From an uncultured Candidatus Saccharibacteria bacterium (GTDB taxonomy: Bacteria > Patescibacteriota > Minisyncoccia > Phycocordibacterales > JAKAEA01), in NCBI GenBank assembly GCA_964577595.1, contig CAZNZK010000001.1:140430-204429 (forward strand): 64,000 nt of DNA, in the 5' to 3' direction. The position numbers and the translations under genes are program-made. Each line of letters begins with the position of its first letter. Positions within the stretch are counted from its first letter, which is position 1. Shown in pieces: positions 36,705 through 46,070 of the stretch. The notes beneath the pieces were generated by a model. That model worked only from the letters and a program-made list of their open reading frames with translations, ran no database searches and was not told the origin of the DNA.

Positions 36705-37958
36705 CTATATTGGTAAGTTGCTCGGAGCTTGGGCGCGCTTTGAAGGAATGCGGGCCAGTTTGGGAGCGGCTACGGTGGCGCCTGGGAAGTGGTACATAGT
36801 AGCGAGCTCCTCACTGGTCATTATAAATGGCTTAAATTTGTAGGGCGAATGGAAAAAACTACGGCGCTTGTAGGCGTCCACAAAGCGACGGCGGGCACGA
36901 TTACCGGCGATATTGAGAAAATCCTGCCAGGGATAATCACTAGGAGCCATGCCGCCACCGCCCTTAGCCGGTTTGAAGCCGTTGAATCCCGCCAAAGTGT
37001 CTTTTTTAAAAGAATCGCTAAAAACCGAAGCTGAATAACTGAATGGTCGCAAAAGCGTCACGATAGTGCCGATCATTGGGGGGCGATAATTTTTTGCCTC
37101 TTCTGCCCAGTAGAACGCCCGAATGACGCAATTGAATGGGTATTTTTGGTAGGCTCGGCCGAGCGCTTCCAGGAGTTCTGTTTCCGAAGCGGACGGCCGA
37201 CCGCGCTCCTCTTTTTTGATTTGTTCAAAAATTTGTTTGCGCACGCTGGCGATTTCCTCGCGCCAGTCGGTTTCTTTTGACCATATATCTGCGCGTTCTT
37301 TTTTGTGGGCCTGGATGCCAATCTGGAGCCAAATATGCTCACCTGGAAGAACGACACTCATAAGTTCAAGGAGTTGCGCCAGGGGGTCTATTTTTTGTTC
37401 CTCCTTCACCATTGATTGATCAAGGCCGTAATCGACATAGGTGGGTATAGGTAAGGGATTTGGGCCGGCTTTTTCAAAACGGGCGCCCCATAAATTGTTA
37501 ACCTTAGGAATAAAAGCAAAATTCTGCGAATAATCCTCCACTTGGCGCACCTCTACTTCCGGGTATTGAGCATAAATTTGCGACTCTATGTAATTTTTAT
37601 GTTTCTCTTGGGCCCAAATGTAGAAATGTAGCTGGCCAAAATCGGAGACTATTTCAAAAGAAAACCACGGGCGCACCTGACCTTTCCAGTATTTATACAC
37701 GAAATTGCTTTCGTCGGCGGTGTTGTAGAGCGAATTAAAAACTACCTCCATGGCGCGGGGTGACTTAAAAATGTCGCGCGGTATTCTTATTTCTAAAACA
37801 CAGAATTTCGTGTTGGTGCGCCAGCGGGTACGCACGAAATTTACCCACAATTGCCAGAAGATGGCGATGAGAAGAATGGGTAGCCAGAATGGATACGTCA
37901 AAACGAATATGCCCCACGCCTGCGCAAGCATTGGTTGAACTGCCGACAAAAAATCCAT
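36705..37958 (-). CDS. Conserved hypothetical membrane-anchored protein
   Basis: 417 aa; N-terminal TM pair; no recognisable motifs. Confidence 0.4.
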   Translation of the reverse strand: MDFLSAVQPMLAQAWGIFVLTYPFWLPILLIAIFWQLWVNFVRTRWRTNTKFCVLEIRIPRDIFKSPRAMEVVFNSLYNTADESNFVYKYWKGQVRPWFSFEIVSDFGQLHFYIWAQEKHKNYIESQIYAQYPEVEVRQVEDYSQNFAFIPKVNNLWGARFEKAGPNPLPIPTYVDYGLDQSMVKEEQKIDPLAQLLELMSVVLPGEHIWLQIGIQAHKKERADIWSKETDWREEIASVRKQIFEQIKKEERGRPSASETELLEALGRAYQKYPFNCVIRAFYWAEEAKNYRPPMIGTIVTLLRPFSYSASVFSDSFKKDTLAGFNGFKPAKGGGGMAPSDYPWQDFLNIAGNRARRRFVDAYKRRSFFHSPYKFKPFIMTSEELATMYHFPGATVAAPKLARIPSKRAQAPSNLPI

Positions 37959-37966
37959 GTCTTCTA

Positions 37967-39013
37967 TTATACCAAAGAGTAGCGCCCTTCTTTATCTTTC
38001 TTAAAGTTTTTCGGGTTCTGAAGATTTACCATGATGGTGTTTTCCTTGACGTAGCGCTCTTTCAAAACCTTGCCGATAACCTCTTCGCGGGTCATGGGGC
38101 CATTCTGCTCAATAACTTTACGGATAACATCTTTAACCACGCCGGAAATGTAGCCCCATTCGGAAAGGGCGTAGAGGCCGCGGCCGACGAGCACAAAGCG
38201 CGGGTCTTTGATGAGCTCGTTGTGGGTGGTGGCAACGTGAGCTTTTTTCTTAAAGAGTTTTTCAATTTGTTTGGCTACCTCCGTGAAGTGAATGGGTGAA
38301 CCGTGTTTGCGGATAACCAAAAAGGCGTAGTCGCGCATGCCTTTGGCATGGACATTCGGGCTAGAAGCGCGGCCCCACTCCCCCAGCGGGTTTTTGGAGA
38401 CAGCTTTGGAAAGCGAAAGCCAGCGTTTGAGAATTTCGTCTTTTTTGTATTCCTCAGAAACCTCCTTCAGGTGCGTCAAAAATGACTGAAGAATGTCTTG
38501 TTCGGAAACCAGGTCGTCGTCGGAAATGCTCTCGTAAAGCTTATGAAGAGCCGTGTGGACCTTGCCAGAAAGCTGGTCGTCAATGTGCCAACGATGATGA
38601 AAATGCTCGTCTTCTTTTTCGCGCTTAAAGGCCTCACCAATAATAAGCAGGAAGTTGAGATGATTGTGGACGCTGGCTTCGCGGGAAAGTTCGTTCAGGA
38701 GGTCGGCTTCGGAAATGACGCCGCCGAGCTTTTGGATTACACCCTCCAATTCGTCAAAAACCTTCTTCTCTTTCTCATATTCCTTGGATTTGCGAATGGC
38801 CGTAAGGGCGTGATTTTCTATTTGGCGCACGCGTTCGCGGGTGATCTTATACTTCTTGCCGATAGCGTCCAGCGTAAGGCGCTCGGTGCTTTTGCCGAGG
38901 CCATAGCGGTTCATCATGACGTCGCGGGCCCGCTCCGGTAAAACGGAAAGAAGCTTGGCTGTCACGAGCTTCGGTTTGAAGTTGATGAGAGAAGAAGTGT
39001 TGTTATTGGCCAT
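37967..39013 (-). CDS. Sigma-70 region-4-like HTH + C-terminal HARE-HTH domain protein
   Basis: N-terminal …LSVLPERARDVMMNRYGL…TLDAIGKKYKITRERVRQIENHAL… (sigma r4); C-terminal …AFLVIRKHGSPIHFTEVAKQI…RFVLVGRGLYAL… (HARE-HTH). The upstream extension to 39058 uses a TTG start. Confidence 0.55.
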   Translation of the reverse strand: MANNNTSSLINFKPKLVTAKLLSVLPERARDVMMNRYGLGKSTERLTLDAIGKKYKITRERVRQIENHALTAIRKSKEYEKEKKVFDELEGVIQKLGGVISEADLLNELSREASVHNHLNFLLIIGEAFKREKEDEHFHHRWHIDDQLSGKVHTALHKLYESISDDDLVSEQDILQSFLTHLKEVSEEYKKDEILKRWLSLSKAVSKNPLGEWGRASSPNVHAKGMRDYAFLVIRKHGSPIHFTEVAKQIEKLFKKKAHVATTHNELIKDPRFVLVGRGLYALSEWGYISGVVKDVIRKVIEQNGPMTREEVIGKVLKERYVKENTIMVNLQNPKNFKKDKEGRYSLV

Positions 39014-39170
39014 AAGATACGGGGTTAATTGATAATAATTTTTAAAATAGTGCGCCAAAGCAGTACTAAAAGTTGACTAAAATGAATTAGTACGGTGCGT
39101 GTGATACTTAATATGTATCATTTTCTACCCTATACGTCAAGTCTGTCAAGTCTCGCCCGAAATTGACAAT

Positions 39171-39196
39171 AAAAAACCCCGCCGAAAGCGGGGTAA
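39171..39196 (-). terminator. Rho-independent terminator (CCCCGC-cgaaa-GCGGGG + U6 on minus strand)
   Basis: Follows the tRNA-like element on the minus strand. Confidence 0.65.
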
Positions 39197-39273
39197 ATCT
39201 GGAGGGTAAGATTTGAACTTGCGACCTTGGGGCTATGGAACTCCCACACTCTGTCATGCTGAGCTACCCCAGA
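39197..39273 (-). tRNA. Atypical tRNA-Met-like element (CAT in an expanded 11-nt anticodon loop; possible pseudogene or non-canonical tRNA)
   Basis: Acceptor TCTGGGG/CTCCAGA pairs perfectly; U8-A9; D arm GCTC…GAGT; T arm GCAAG-TTCAAAT-CTTAC with one mismatch and an extra C; anticodon stem only TGGG/CCCA with loop AGTTCCATAGC; strong resemblance to initiator tRNA (…CATA.CCC.AAGGTCG..GTTCAAATC…). Confidence 0.35.
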
Positions 39274-39317
39274 ATTTTCTAGAAGTAGTCTGGGCTTTTA
39301 TTTTTTAAACACAACTG

Positions 39318-42179
39318 TTAGACAACGATATTCACCAACCTCCCTGGCACGTAAATCACTTTTTTCGGCTCCTTTCCTTCCAGCCATTTTTTGACGCTTT
39401 CAGTGGCGAGGGCTTGGGTTTTTGCTGAGTCTTCAGTGAGGCCGGGGGCGCTTTGAAATTCACCACGGACTTTGCCATTAACTTGAATGATGATAGTTAC
39501 CGGCTGTTCTTTGATTTTTGACTCGTCGGCCTGGGGCCACGGCACGATATGGATGGATTTTTTATGGCCAAGTTGGCTCCAAAGTTCCTCGGCAATATGC
39601 GGCGCAAACGGCGCTAAAATTTGTAAAAATGGCTCAAAAATGGCAGCGGGAATTTCGGCCTGCTTTTCCATTTCATTGCTCAATATCATCATAGCGGAAA
39701 TAGCAGTGTTGAATTGCATCGCTTCAATGTCGGTGGCAACTTTCTTGATGGTTTTTTGCGTCAACGTGTCCAATTCCCTATTCTTGCTTTTTTTGACGAC
39801 TTTCTCCGAAAGGCGCCAGACCTTTTCCAGAAAGCGCCGCGGGCCGACGATGCCGTCGGTGCTCCAACTTACCGCTTGAGCGAAAGGCCCCATGAACATT
39901 TCGTAGAGGCGCAAGGTGTCGGCGCCAAATTCGTTGACGATAGAATCGGGGTTGATAACGTTGCCTCGTGACTTGGACATTTTTTCGCCATCTGGAGCTA
40001 AAATAAGGCCGTGGGCGGTGCGCTTGGCATACGCCTCACTCGTTGGTACGGCGCCAATGTCAAAAAGAAACTTATTCCAAAAACGCGAATATAAGAGATG
40101 TAGTGTGGTGTGCTCCATACCACCGTTATACCAATCTACTGGTTGCCAGTATTTCAATTTTGCCGGCGCGGCCAAGGCTTTGCTATTTTTCGGGTCAATA
40201 TAGCGCAGGAAATACCAGCTTGAGCCAGCCCAATTAGGCATGGTGTCGGTTTCGCGCGTGGCCTCGCCGCCGCATTTCGGACATTTCACCGTGCGCCACT
40301 TTTTCATGGCCGGGTCATCGCCCGCCAACGGCGATTCACCCGTGTCTGTAGGCTCGTATTTTGCCACGGGCGGCAATTTTACGGGCAGGTCCTTCTCTGC
40401 CACAGCCTGCCAGCCGCATTCTTTGCAGAACACAAGCGGAATAGGCTCGCCCCAGTAGCGCTGGCGGCTGAAAACCCAATCGCGGAGCTTAAACGTGGTA
40501 ACCATTTTACCACCCACCGACTCCGTGATGGCTTTTTTCGCCTTTTCCGAATCCATGCCATTGAATTTTCCGGAATTCACTAAAATTCCCTCGCCGGTAT
40601 ACGTTGGTAATTTGTTTCTAAAAAGCGCTAAAGCATGAGTATGCGTTGCCGGGGTAAGCCACGTCTTTAATTCGTCTAAAGTGAGCCATTGTATGTCGTG
40701 AATAGATGCTTCGCTTTCCGAAACGGGCTCCCGAGCATCATTTTGGAGTTCAAAATAAACGATATGGCCATGTACCAGGCGATTTTCTTTTTTTGGTACA
40801 TGATAAAAAAGACCGTGAGTGATACCGATTTCTTTTATGAATTTTGGATGTAAGAAACCAGTTTCTTCGCGTATTTCAGTAAGGCCAGCATGTTCCGCTG
40901 TTTGACCAGGCTCAATGCCGCCTGTTAGAAATGTTTTCCAGGCGACTTTTTTCCATTTCAAACCGATATATTTGTCTTCGGACCAGTGTTTGATAATAGT
41001 AATAATTCCATTGCGCGGCACGATAGGCTCATCTTTTCGATACACGCCAGGCTCAGTTGTTTGTACGTAAAAAGATTCCAACACTTCCCTGAGGGGTAAG
41101 TTATATTTCTTGGCGAATTCCCCATCGCGCTCATCGTGGGCGGGCACGGCCATCACGGCACCGGTGCCGTATTCGGCCAGAACGTAGTCGGCAACAAAAA
41201 TAGGCACGTCCTCGGCATTGGCCGGGTTAATGGCGCGAATACCTTTGAGCTCAACACCAGTCTTTTCCTTTTTCGCGTCGGTACGATCCATTTCAGATTT
41301 CTTTTTTGCGCTGGCGATGTAGGCCTCTACTTCTGATTTATTTGAAATTTCCAGCAAGAGCTTAGGAATAAGTGGATGCTCAGGCGCGACAACGACATAC
41401 GTGACACCAAAAAGCGTGTCGGCGCGGGTCGTAAAAATCTTGATTTTCTCTCGGAAAGAATTAGGGGCGTTACGCACGGCAAACTCTAGCTCTGAACCCT
41501 CACTCCGGCCTATCCAGTTGCGCTGTTGGGTTTTGATTTCCGGCAAGTAATCAACGGTGTCTAGGTCTTTGTCCAGGCGGTCGGCGTATTTGGTGATGGC
41601 GAGCATCCACTGCTCTTTTTCGCGCTTCTCCACTGGCGTGCCGCAACGTTCGCAACAGCCGTTGACCACTTCTTCATTGGCCAAGCCGATTTTGTCTTTG
41701 GGGCACCAGTTAATGAGTGTTTTTTTCTTGTACGCAAGATTCTTTTTCCAGAGCTGGAGAAAAATCCACTGGGTCCAGCGGTAATAGGCCGGGTCGGTGG
41801 TGTTGACTTCGCGCGTCCAGTCAAAAGAAAAACCGAGTGCTTTGAGCTGGCGACGGAAGGTGTCGGTATTTTTTTCGGTTACTAATTGCGGGGCGATGCC
41901 GGTTTTGAGGGCGTAATTTTCCGTGGGCAAGCCGAATGCGTCCCAGCCTATTGGGTAAAGAACATTATAACCTTCCATGCGGCGTTTGCGGGCGACAATA
42001 TCCATGGCGGTATTGGAGCGAATGTGGCCAACGTGCAAGCCGTCGCCGGAAGGATAGGGAAATTCTATGAGGCCGTAAAACTTTGGTTTCTTGCTTGTAT
42101 CAGACGCTTCATATATACCGCTTTTTTGCCAAGCAGCCTGCCACTTCTTCTCACTCTTTTTCGGATCGTATGGTTTCAC
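39318..42179 (-). CDS. leuS: Leucine--tRNA ligase with a NUDIX-like domain inserted in the CP1/editing region
   Basis: 953 aa; HIGH (PYPSGDGLHVGH), KMSKS, CP1 motifs (…GTGAVMAVPAHDERD…); residues about 365-525 contain GGIEPGQTAEHAGLTEIREETGF (NUDIX-box-like) with no counterpart in canonical LeuRS. Confidence 0.85.
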   Translation of the reverse strand: MKPYDPKKSEKKWQAAWQKSGIYEASDTSKKPKFYGLIEFPYPSGDGLHVGHIRSNTAMDIVARKRRMEGYNVLYPIGWDAFGLPTENYALKTGIAPQLVTEKNTDTFRRQLKALGFSFDWTREVNTTDPAYYRWTQWIFLQLWKKNLAYKKKTLINWCPKDKIGLANEEVVNGCCERCGTPVEKREKEQWMLAITKYADRLDKDLDTVDYLPEIKTQQRNWIGRSEGSELEFAVRNAPNSFREKIKIFTTRADTLFGVTYVVVAPEHPLIPKLLLEISNKSEVEAYIASAKKKSEMDRTDAKKEKTGVELKGIRAINPANAEDVPIFVADYVLAEYGTGAVMAVPAHDERDGEFAKKYNLPLREVLESFYVQTTEPGVYRKDEPIVPRNGIITIIKHWSEDKYIGLKWKKVAWKTFLTGGIEPGQTAEHAGLTEIREETGFLHPKFIKEIGITHGLFYHVPKKENRLVHGHIVYFELQNDAREPVSESEASIHDIQWLTLDELKTWLTPATHTHALALFRNKLPTYTGEGILVNSGKFNGMDSEKAKKAITESVGGKMVTTFKLRDWVFSRQRYWGEPIPLVFCKECGWQAVAEKDLPVKLPPVAKYEPTDTGESPLAGDDPAMKKWRTVKCPKCGGEATRETDTMPNWAGSSWYFLRYIDPKNSKALAAPAKLKYWQPVDWYNGGMEHTTLHLLYSRFWNKFLFDIGAVPTSEAYAKRTAHGLILAPDGEKMSKSRGNVINPDSIVNEFGADTLRLYEMFMGPFAQAVSWSTDGIVGPRRFLEKVWRLSEKVVKKSKNRELDTLTQKTIKKVATDIEAMQFNTAISAMMILSNEMEKQAEIPAAIFEPFLQILAPFAPHIAEELWSQLGHKKSIHIVPWPQADESKIKEQPVTIIIQVNGKVRGEFQSAPGLTEDSAKTQALATESVKKWLEGKEPKKVIYVPGRLVNIVV

Positions 42180-42211
42180 TTTGCAACTCTAGCACACCTT
42201 TTAATTTTGGT

Positions 42212-42769
42212 TTAATTCTTGAATTTTTTGACGCCGAGCCAAATGAGGGCAATGAGGGCGACGGCAAGAATGAGGACCTTCAGGATATTGGCGGCTTCCG
42301 TCCAGTAGCGGGCAGAGGCGATGATAAGCGAGAGCACGCCACCGAGCGAAAGGCCGGCCGAAATAACGTCGCTCGCTTTAAACACCGCACCGACAACTAT
42401 GGAAGCGACACCTAAAAGTACAAGAACGATGAAGACTGTTCTGGCATAGGTGTTTCCGGCCGCATCAAAATTTTTCTGGCAGGTAAAGGTGACGTCGCAA
42501 TAGCCTGCGGTTTGTGGGGTAGTTTTACCACCAATGGTGGGCGCTGGCGATACGGTCTGCGTCCATTGGCCACCGGCGGCGAGGCAGCTTTTTTGGTCGG
42601 CGGGCGGCGTCGCCACCTGGCTTGTTGGGCAAAAATTCTCATATTGCGGGGCTGGGTAGACCAGCGTAATGGCATAGTTAAAGAAAAGATTCAGGACAAT
42701 AACCAGGGCGATTATAATTGACCATCGCAGAACGCGTGAGGGTCGGTTATTTTCAAAATTTTCATTCAT
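42212..42769 (-). CDS. Membrane protein (N-terminal anchor, Cys-containing extracytoplasmic segment, C-terminal TM pair)
   Basis: 185 aa hydrophobicity pattern only. Confidence 0.4.
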   Translation of the reverse strand: MNENFENNRPSRVLRWSIIIALVIVLNLFFNYAITLVYPAPQYENFCPTSQVATPPADQKSCLAAGGQWTQTVSPAPTIGGKTTPQTAGYCDVTFTCQKNFDAAGNTYARTVFIVLVLLGVASIVVGAVFKASDVISAGLSLGGVLSLIIASARYWTEAANILKVLILAVALIALIWLGVKKFKN

Positions 42770-42781
42770 GGGGCTGATTTT

Positions 42782-43303
42782 TTATTGTGGCCAAATTTGA
42801 AGCGGGTCGCTTATGATAATCTCCGCCTGACCATTATAGAGCCGGACTATGCCGCTTACAATGATAGATTTACCCTGATATTTAGTGAGATTGGGGAGCT
42901 TGCTTACGTCTTCTTTGAAAACAATTGCCGTAAAGGGGCAGGTTTTGCTCGTAGCGCAAAAATCAAGGAAGGTGGTGTTGGTTGACGACGTAAACACTTT
43001 AACAACGGTGCCACTGATGCCGGTGCTTTCGCCAATATGGTTTTTTGCCTCAGTATACGGATAGGCCTTGCCGTTGAGTTTGGGGCCGGCGTAGTTGGCA
43101 GGAACAGCCTGCATCGGATTATTTTTAGGAGGTGTGGTTGGGATGATTAATTCTGGGGTGGGCTGAATAAAAATACTGGCCGCATACCAGCCACCAAAAA
43201 CCACGGCGAGGATGCCCAGCAGGACAAGCCAACCCCAACGCTTCCAGAATGAGCGCGGCTCCGGTGTTCCGTTCCCAAAATTACTAAGAATGGGATTATT
43301 CAT
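42782..43303 (-). CDS. Membrane-anchored protein with C-terminal OB-fold-like (BOF/YgiW-like) domain
   Basis: 173 aa; TM at 24-45; C-terminal …GTVVKVFTSSTNTTFLDF…SIIVSGIVRLYNGQAEIIISDP… resembles bacterial OB-fold domains. Confidence 0.35.
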   Translation of the reverse strand: MNNPILSNFGNGTPEPRSFWKRWGWLVLLGILAVVFGGWYAASIFIQPTPELIIPTTPPKNNPMQAVPANYAGPKLNGKAYPYTEAKNHIGESTGISGTVVKVFTSSTNTTFLDFCATSKTCPFTAIVFKEDVSKLPNLTKYQGKSIIVSGIVRLYNGQAEIIISDPLQIWPQ

Positions 43304-43829
43304 TGGTAATGAGGATTTTTTTGATAATAGCTAAATATTGCTGGCGGAGATACCCATTATTTCCTATCTCCAGAACTTCATCATTGACCAGAGTGGCGCT
43401 TGTTGTCCAATTATAACTTCCGGAGGCGTACTCCCGGTCAGTGACTATTGCTTTAACGTGCATTATACCATCTGGATGCTTTTCCGTTTCAATGGTTATC
43501 CCCGCGGCTCGCAACCGTGCCAGAATCGGCAGTTCTAGAGGTAAGGCTGATTGACCCTCGTCGGTAATCCCCCACACTGTCACACCACGCCTTTCTGCCG
43601 CAATAAGCGCGTCAGCAATAGTGGCTCTGGTGAAGGTGTACACAGCAAAATACACATAACTATGGGCATTGTTAATAACGGAAATAATTGCCTGATCATT
43701 GTTTTTTGTGTCTAAACTGTAAAGTACGCGAAATTGATCATGGGCGTGCCAAGCCATAAGTACGATGGTCAAAATGACTGCCGCAAGCAAAACAACTATT
43801 TCCATACGAGTGCGTTCGTTGAACCACAT
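43296..43829 (-). CDS. Phospholipase D-family (HKD) nuclease-like protein, membrane anchored
   Basis: 177 aa; single HKD motif MHVKAIVTDREYASGSYNWTTSA (HxK-x4-D-x6-GSxN). Confidence 0.65.
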   Translation of the reverse strand: MWFNERTRMEIVVLLAAVILTIVLMAWHAHDQFRVLYSLDTKNNDQAIISVINNAHSYVYFAVYTFTRATIADALIAAERRGVTVWGITDEGQSALPLELPILARLRAAGITIETEKHPDGIMHVKAIVTDREYASGSYNWTTSATLVNDEVLEIGNNGYLRQQYLAIIKKILITNE

Positions 43830-43916
43830 GCCCTAAGCGTACTCCTGGTTGTTAAAATTTTGCCGAAGATTTCTTAAAGATTTGATAAAATCCACAGTTA
43901 CACTATACTTATCACT

Positions 43917-44486
43917 ATGACGCAACCCTTCGCCTCGCGGACGCACACTGAAATGCGTGATGTTTTAATGAATCCAGATGCGGCTGGGCCGGCAATCCAT
44001 TATTATATGATCCGCGGCGGTTCGGAAAAAACCAATATTACCGTGTGGGAACCGGGCACCGTTGGCGGCGAATATATAAAGACCTATGGCCACTATCATC
44101 GCGATGCCCTACCGGAAACATATACCGTGCTTTCCGGTGAAGGATTCGTTATTATTCAAGAACGAGCACACGATGCGAGTGGTGCACCAATTGATGACAA
44201 TATAAAAAATGTCCGAGCGGTGCGGGTCAAGGCAGGTGACAGTGTTGTAATTCCGCCTCGTTCAGGCCATCTGGCCATTAATACTGGCGCTACTTGGCTG
44301 GTGACTTCCGATAATAGTCCTGTTAATTTTAGTGAAGAAAAAGCCGTGAGTAAGCCCGGTCATGCCGATTACGAACCGTTCAGACGTCTTCGTGGTGCAT
44401 GTTATTACGTCATTGAAAAGAATGGGCAGCCGGAATTTGTTAAAAATCCTCATTACAAAATAGTGCCGCCTATTGTGGTTCAATAG
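43917..44486 (+). CDS. pgiA: Cupin-type glucose-6-phosphate isomerase (archaeal cPGI family)
   Basis: 189 aa; TYGHYH metal-binding cupin motif, …VVIPPRSGHLAINTG…, HADYEPF, …VIEKNGQPEFVKNPHY… closely parallel Pyrococcus-type cPGI. Confidence 0.75.
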   Translation: MTQPFASRTHTEMRDVLMNPDAAGPAIHYYMIRGGSEKTNITVWEPGTVGGEYIKTYGHYHRDALPETYTVLSGEGFVIIQERAHDASGAPIDDNIKNVRAVRVKAGDSVVIPPRSGHLAINTGATWLVTSDNSPVNFSEEKAVSKPGHADYEPFRRLRGACYYVIEKNGQPEFVKNPHYKIVPPIVVQ

Positions 44487-46066
44487 AGTTTTTGAATATA
44501 ATCGTTCACTGCTCGGCTGATGGTAAAGCGTGATTCAACAAGTTCAATTGTGTTGCGCATTCTCATCGTCCATTCTGGCGTACCAAAAAGTGGCGTGATT
44601 TTTTTCTGTAAAAGCTCGTAGAGTGCCTGTTCAATGTTTTCTTCACCGACAATAAAGCCGATTTTTTCCAATTCGGGGGCTTCTGCAACCCAGCCGTCAT
44701 TTGTGCTAACAACAATGGCGCCATTCAAACCTGCTTTCATGCCACTGGTGCCGCACGCCTCTAGGCCGGGCACGGGCGTATTCAGCCAAATATCAGCCCC
44801 AAGCGTCAAAAGCCGCGCACTTTCCAGAGAATATTCCGGTAAATACGCAATATTATTACTGAAACGGGCATCGGCCACGATTTCGCGCCACTGATTGAGG
44901 GCCTTCATCCCTTCTTTGTCATCGGCGTGCACTTTTCCGGAGACGATTATCTGCAGGGGTACTGTTTGGCTTTGTATTAAATCAAGTAGAGCTTCCAGAT
45001 TATGTAAGAGAAGGGTTGGGCGTTTATACCCAGCAAAGCGTCGAGCCCACACCAGGGTTAATCGCTCCGGCACCAGACTTGAGCCCGAAGAAGCGTTAAT
45101 ATATTTCACTAACTCACTCCGCAGCTTGTTCTTTATTGAAACCAAGGCCACGTCATCGTGCCGCCAGTCGGCGTGATCTTTATTAATAGCAAAAAGGAGC
45201 GATTGCCAGCGGTCGGGTGCGACACCGTTGGTGATGGTAATAAGCGGGCTCTGTGGAAAACGGGCTTTTTCCGCCCGAACATGCGCTTCGCTCACACCGT
45301 TGGCCCGGCCAGCAACGTTTAATAAGAATTTAGTCATGGAAAAAACCTCAGCATTCGTTTCCAGTTGGCCTAAAGCGTACACCTCTTCCATATTGTAACC
45401 ACTGGTGCGTATATACGGCTCTAGCAGTGGCGAGAAAATAGTTTTGGAAATATACGTATCCGAAAGTGGCAAAATGGTGTGCTTCGTAGCGACAATTTTT
45501 TCTTTGAGAATCGCAACCACGTCATGTAAAGTAGGCGCACTCGGCACCAACTTGGGGCCATTTTCGACAATAGCCGCCAAAGCCGCAAAACCCGTGTGGC
45601 CTTCATTGCAATGGTAGATGTCGGGCTTGATACTAAGTTGCTCCAAAAGCTTTACGCCGCCGACACCCAGAATCATATCCTGAAAAACGCGGCGTTCCGG
45701 ATCGGCGTCATAGAGCATGTCGGTGATTTTTCTATCGGCCGGTGTGTTCGCGGCTACGTCAGGGTCAAGAAAATAGAGTGTGGCTGTGCCATACTTTTTC
45801 GCCCAAGCCTGGACTTTTACTAAACGATTGCCGATAGGAACGGAAATAAGGCCCGTAATTAACTCAAAGCCTTCTTGGATTGGCATTTTGCCGCTACGAA
45901 TGAGCAGGCCAAAAGCATGCAGGCGGATATCTTCATGCTTGCCCGCTTCCGGCACAAATTCACCCGCCAGCACACCCAGGCCGCCGGCATAGGTTGAAAC
46001 ACCTTCAAGTAGAGCATATTCCGAACAGAAGTAGGCAATTGTTTTTGGTTTACTGAAATTGGACAT
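44480..46066 (-). CDS. glgP: Alpha-glucan (glycogen/maltodextrin) phosphorylase, short GT35 form
   Basis: PLP-lysine motif EACGTSGMKAGLNGA; about 530 aa from ATG MSNFSK…; the upstream 24 codons in the ORF track are probably not translated. Confidence 0.75.
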   Translation of the reverse strand: MSNFSKPKTIAYFCSEYALLEGVSTYAGGLGVLAGEFVPEAGKHEDIRLHAFGLLIRSGKMPIQEGFELITGLISVPIGNRLVKVQAWAKKYGTATLYFLDPDVAANTPADRKITDMLYDADPERRVFQDMILGVGGVKLLEQLSIKPDIYHCNEGHTGFAALAAIVENGPKLVPSAPTLHDVVAILKEKIVATKHTILPLSDTYISKTIFSPLLEPYIRTSGYNMEEVYALGQLETNAEVFSMTKFLLNVAGRANGVSEAHVRAEKARFPQSPLITITNGVAPDRWQSLLFAINKDHADWRHDDVALVSIKNKLRSELVKYINASSGSSLVPERLTLVWARRFAGYKRPTLLLHNLEALLDLIQSQTVPLQIIVSGKVHADDKEGMKALNQWREIVADARFSNNIAYLPEYSLESARLLTLGADIWLNTPVPGLEACGTSGMKAGLNGAIVVSTNDGWVAEAPELEKIGFIVGEENIEQALYELLQKKITPLFGTPEWTMRMRNTIELVESRFTISRAVNDYIQKLY

Positions 46067-46070
46067 CTCC

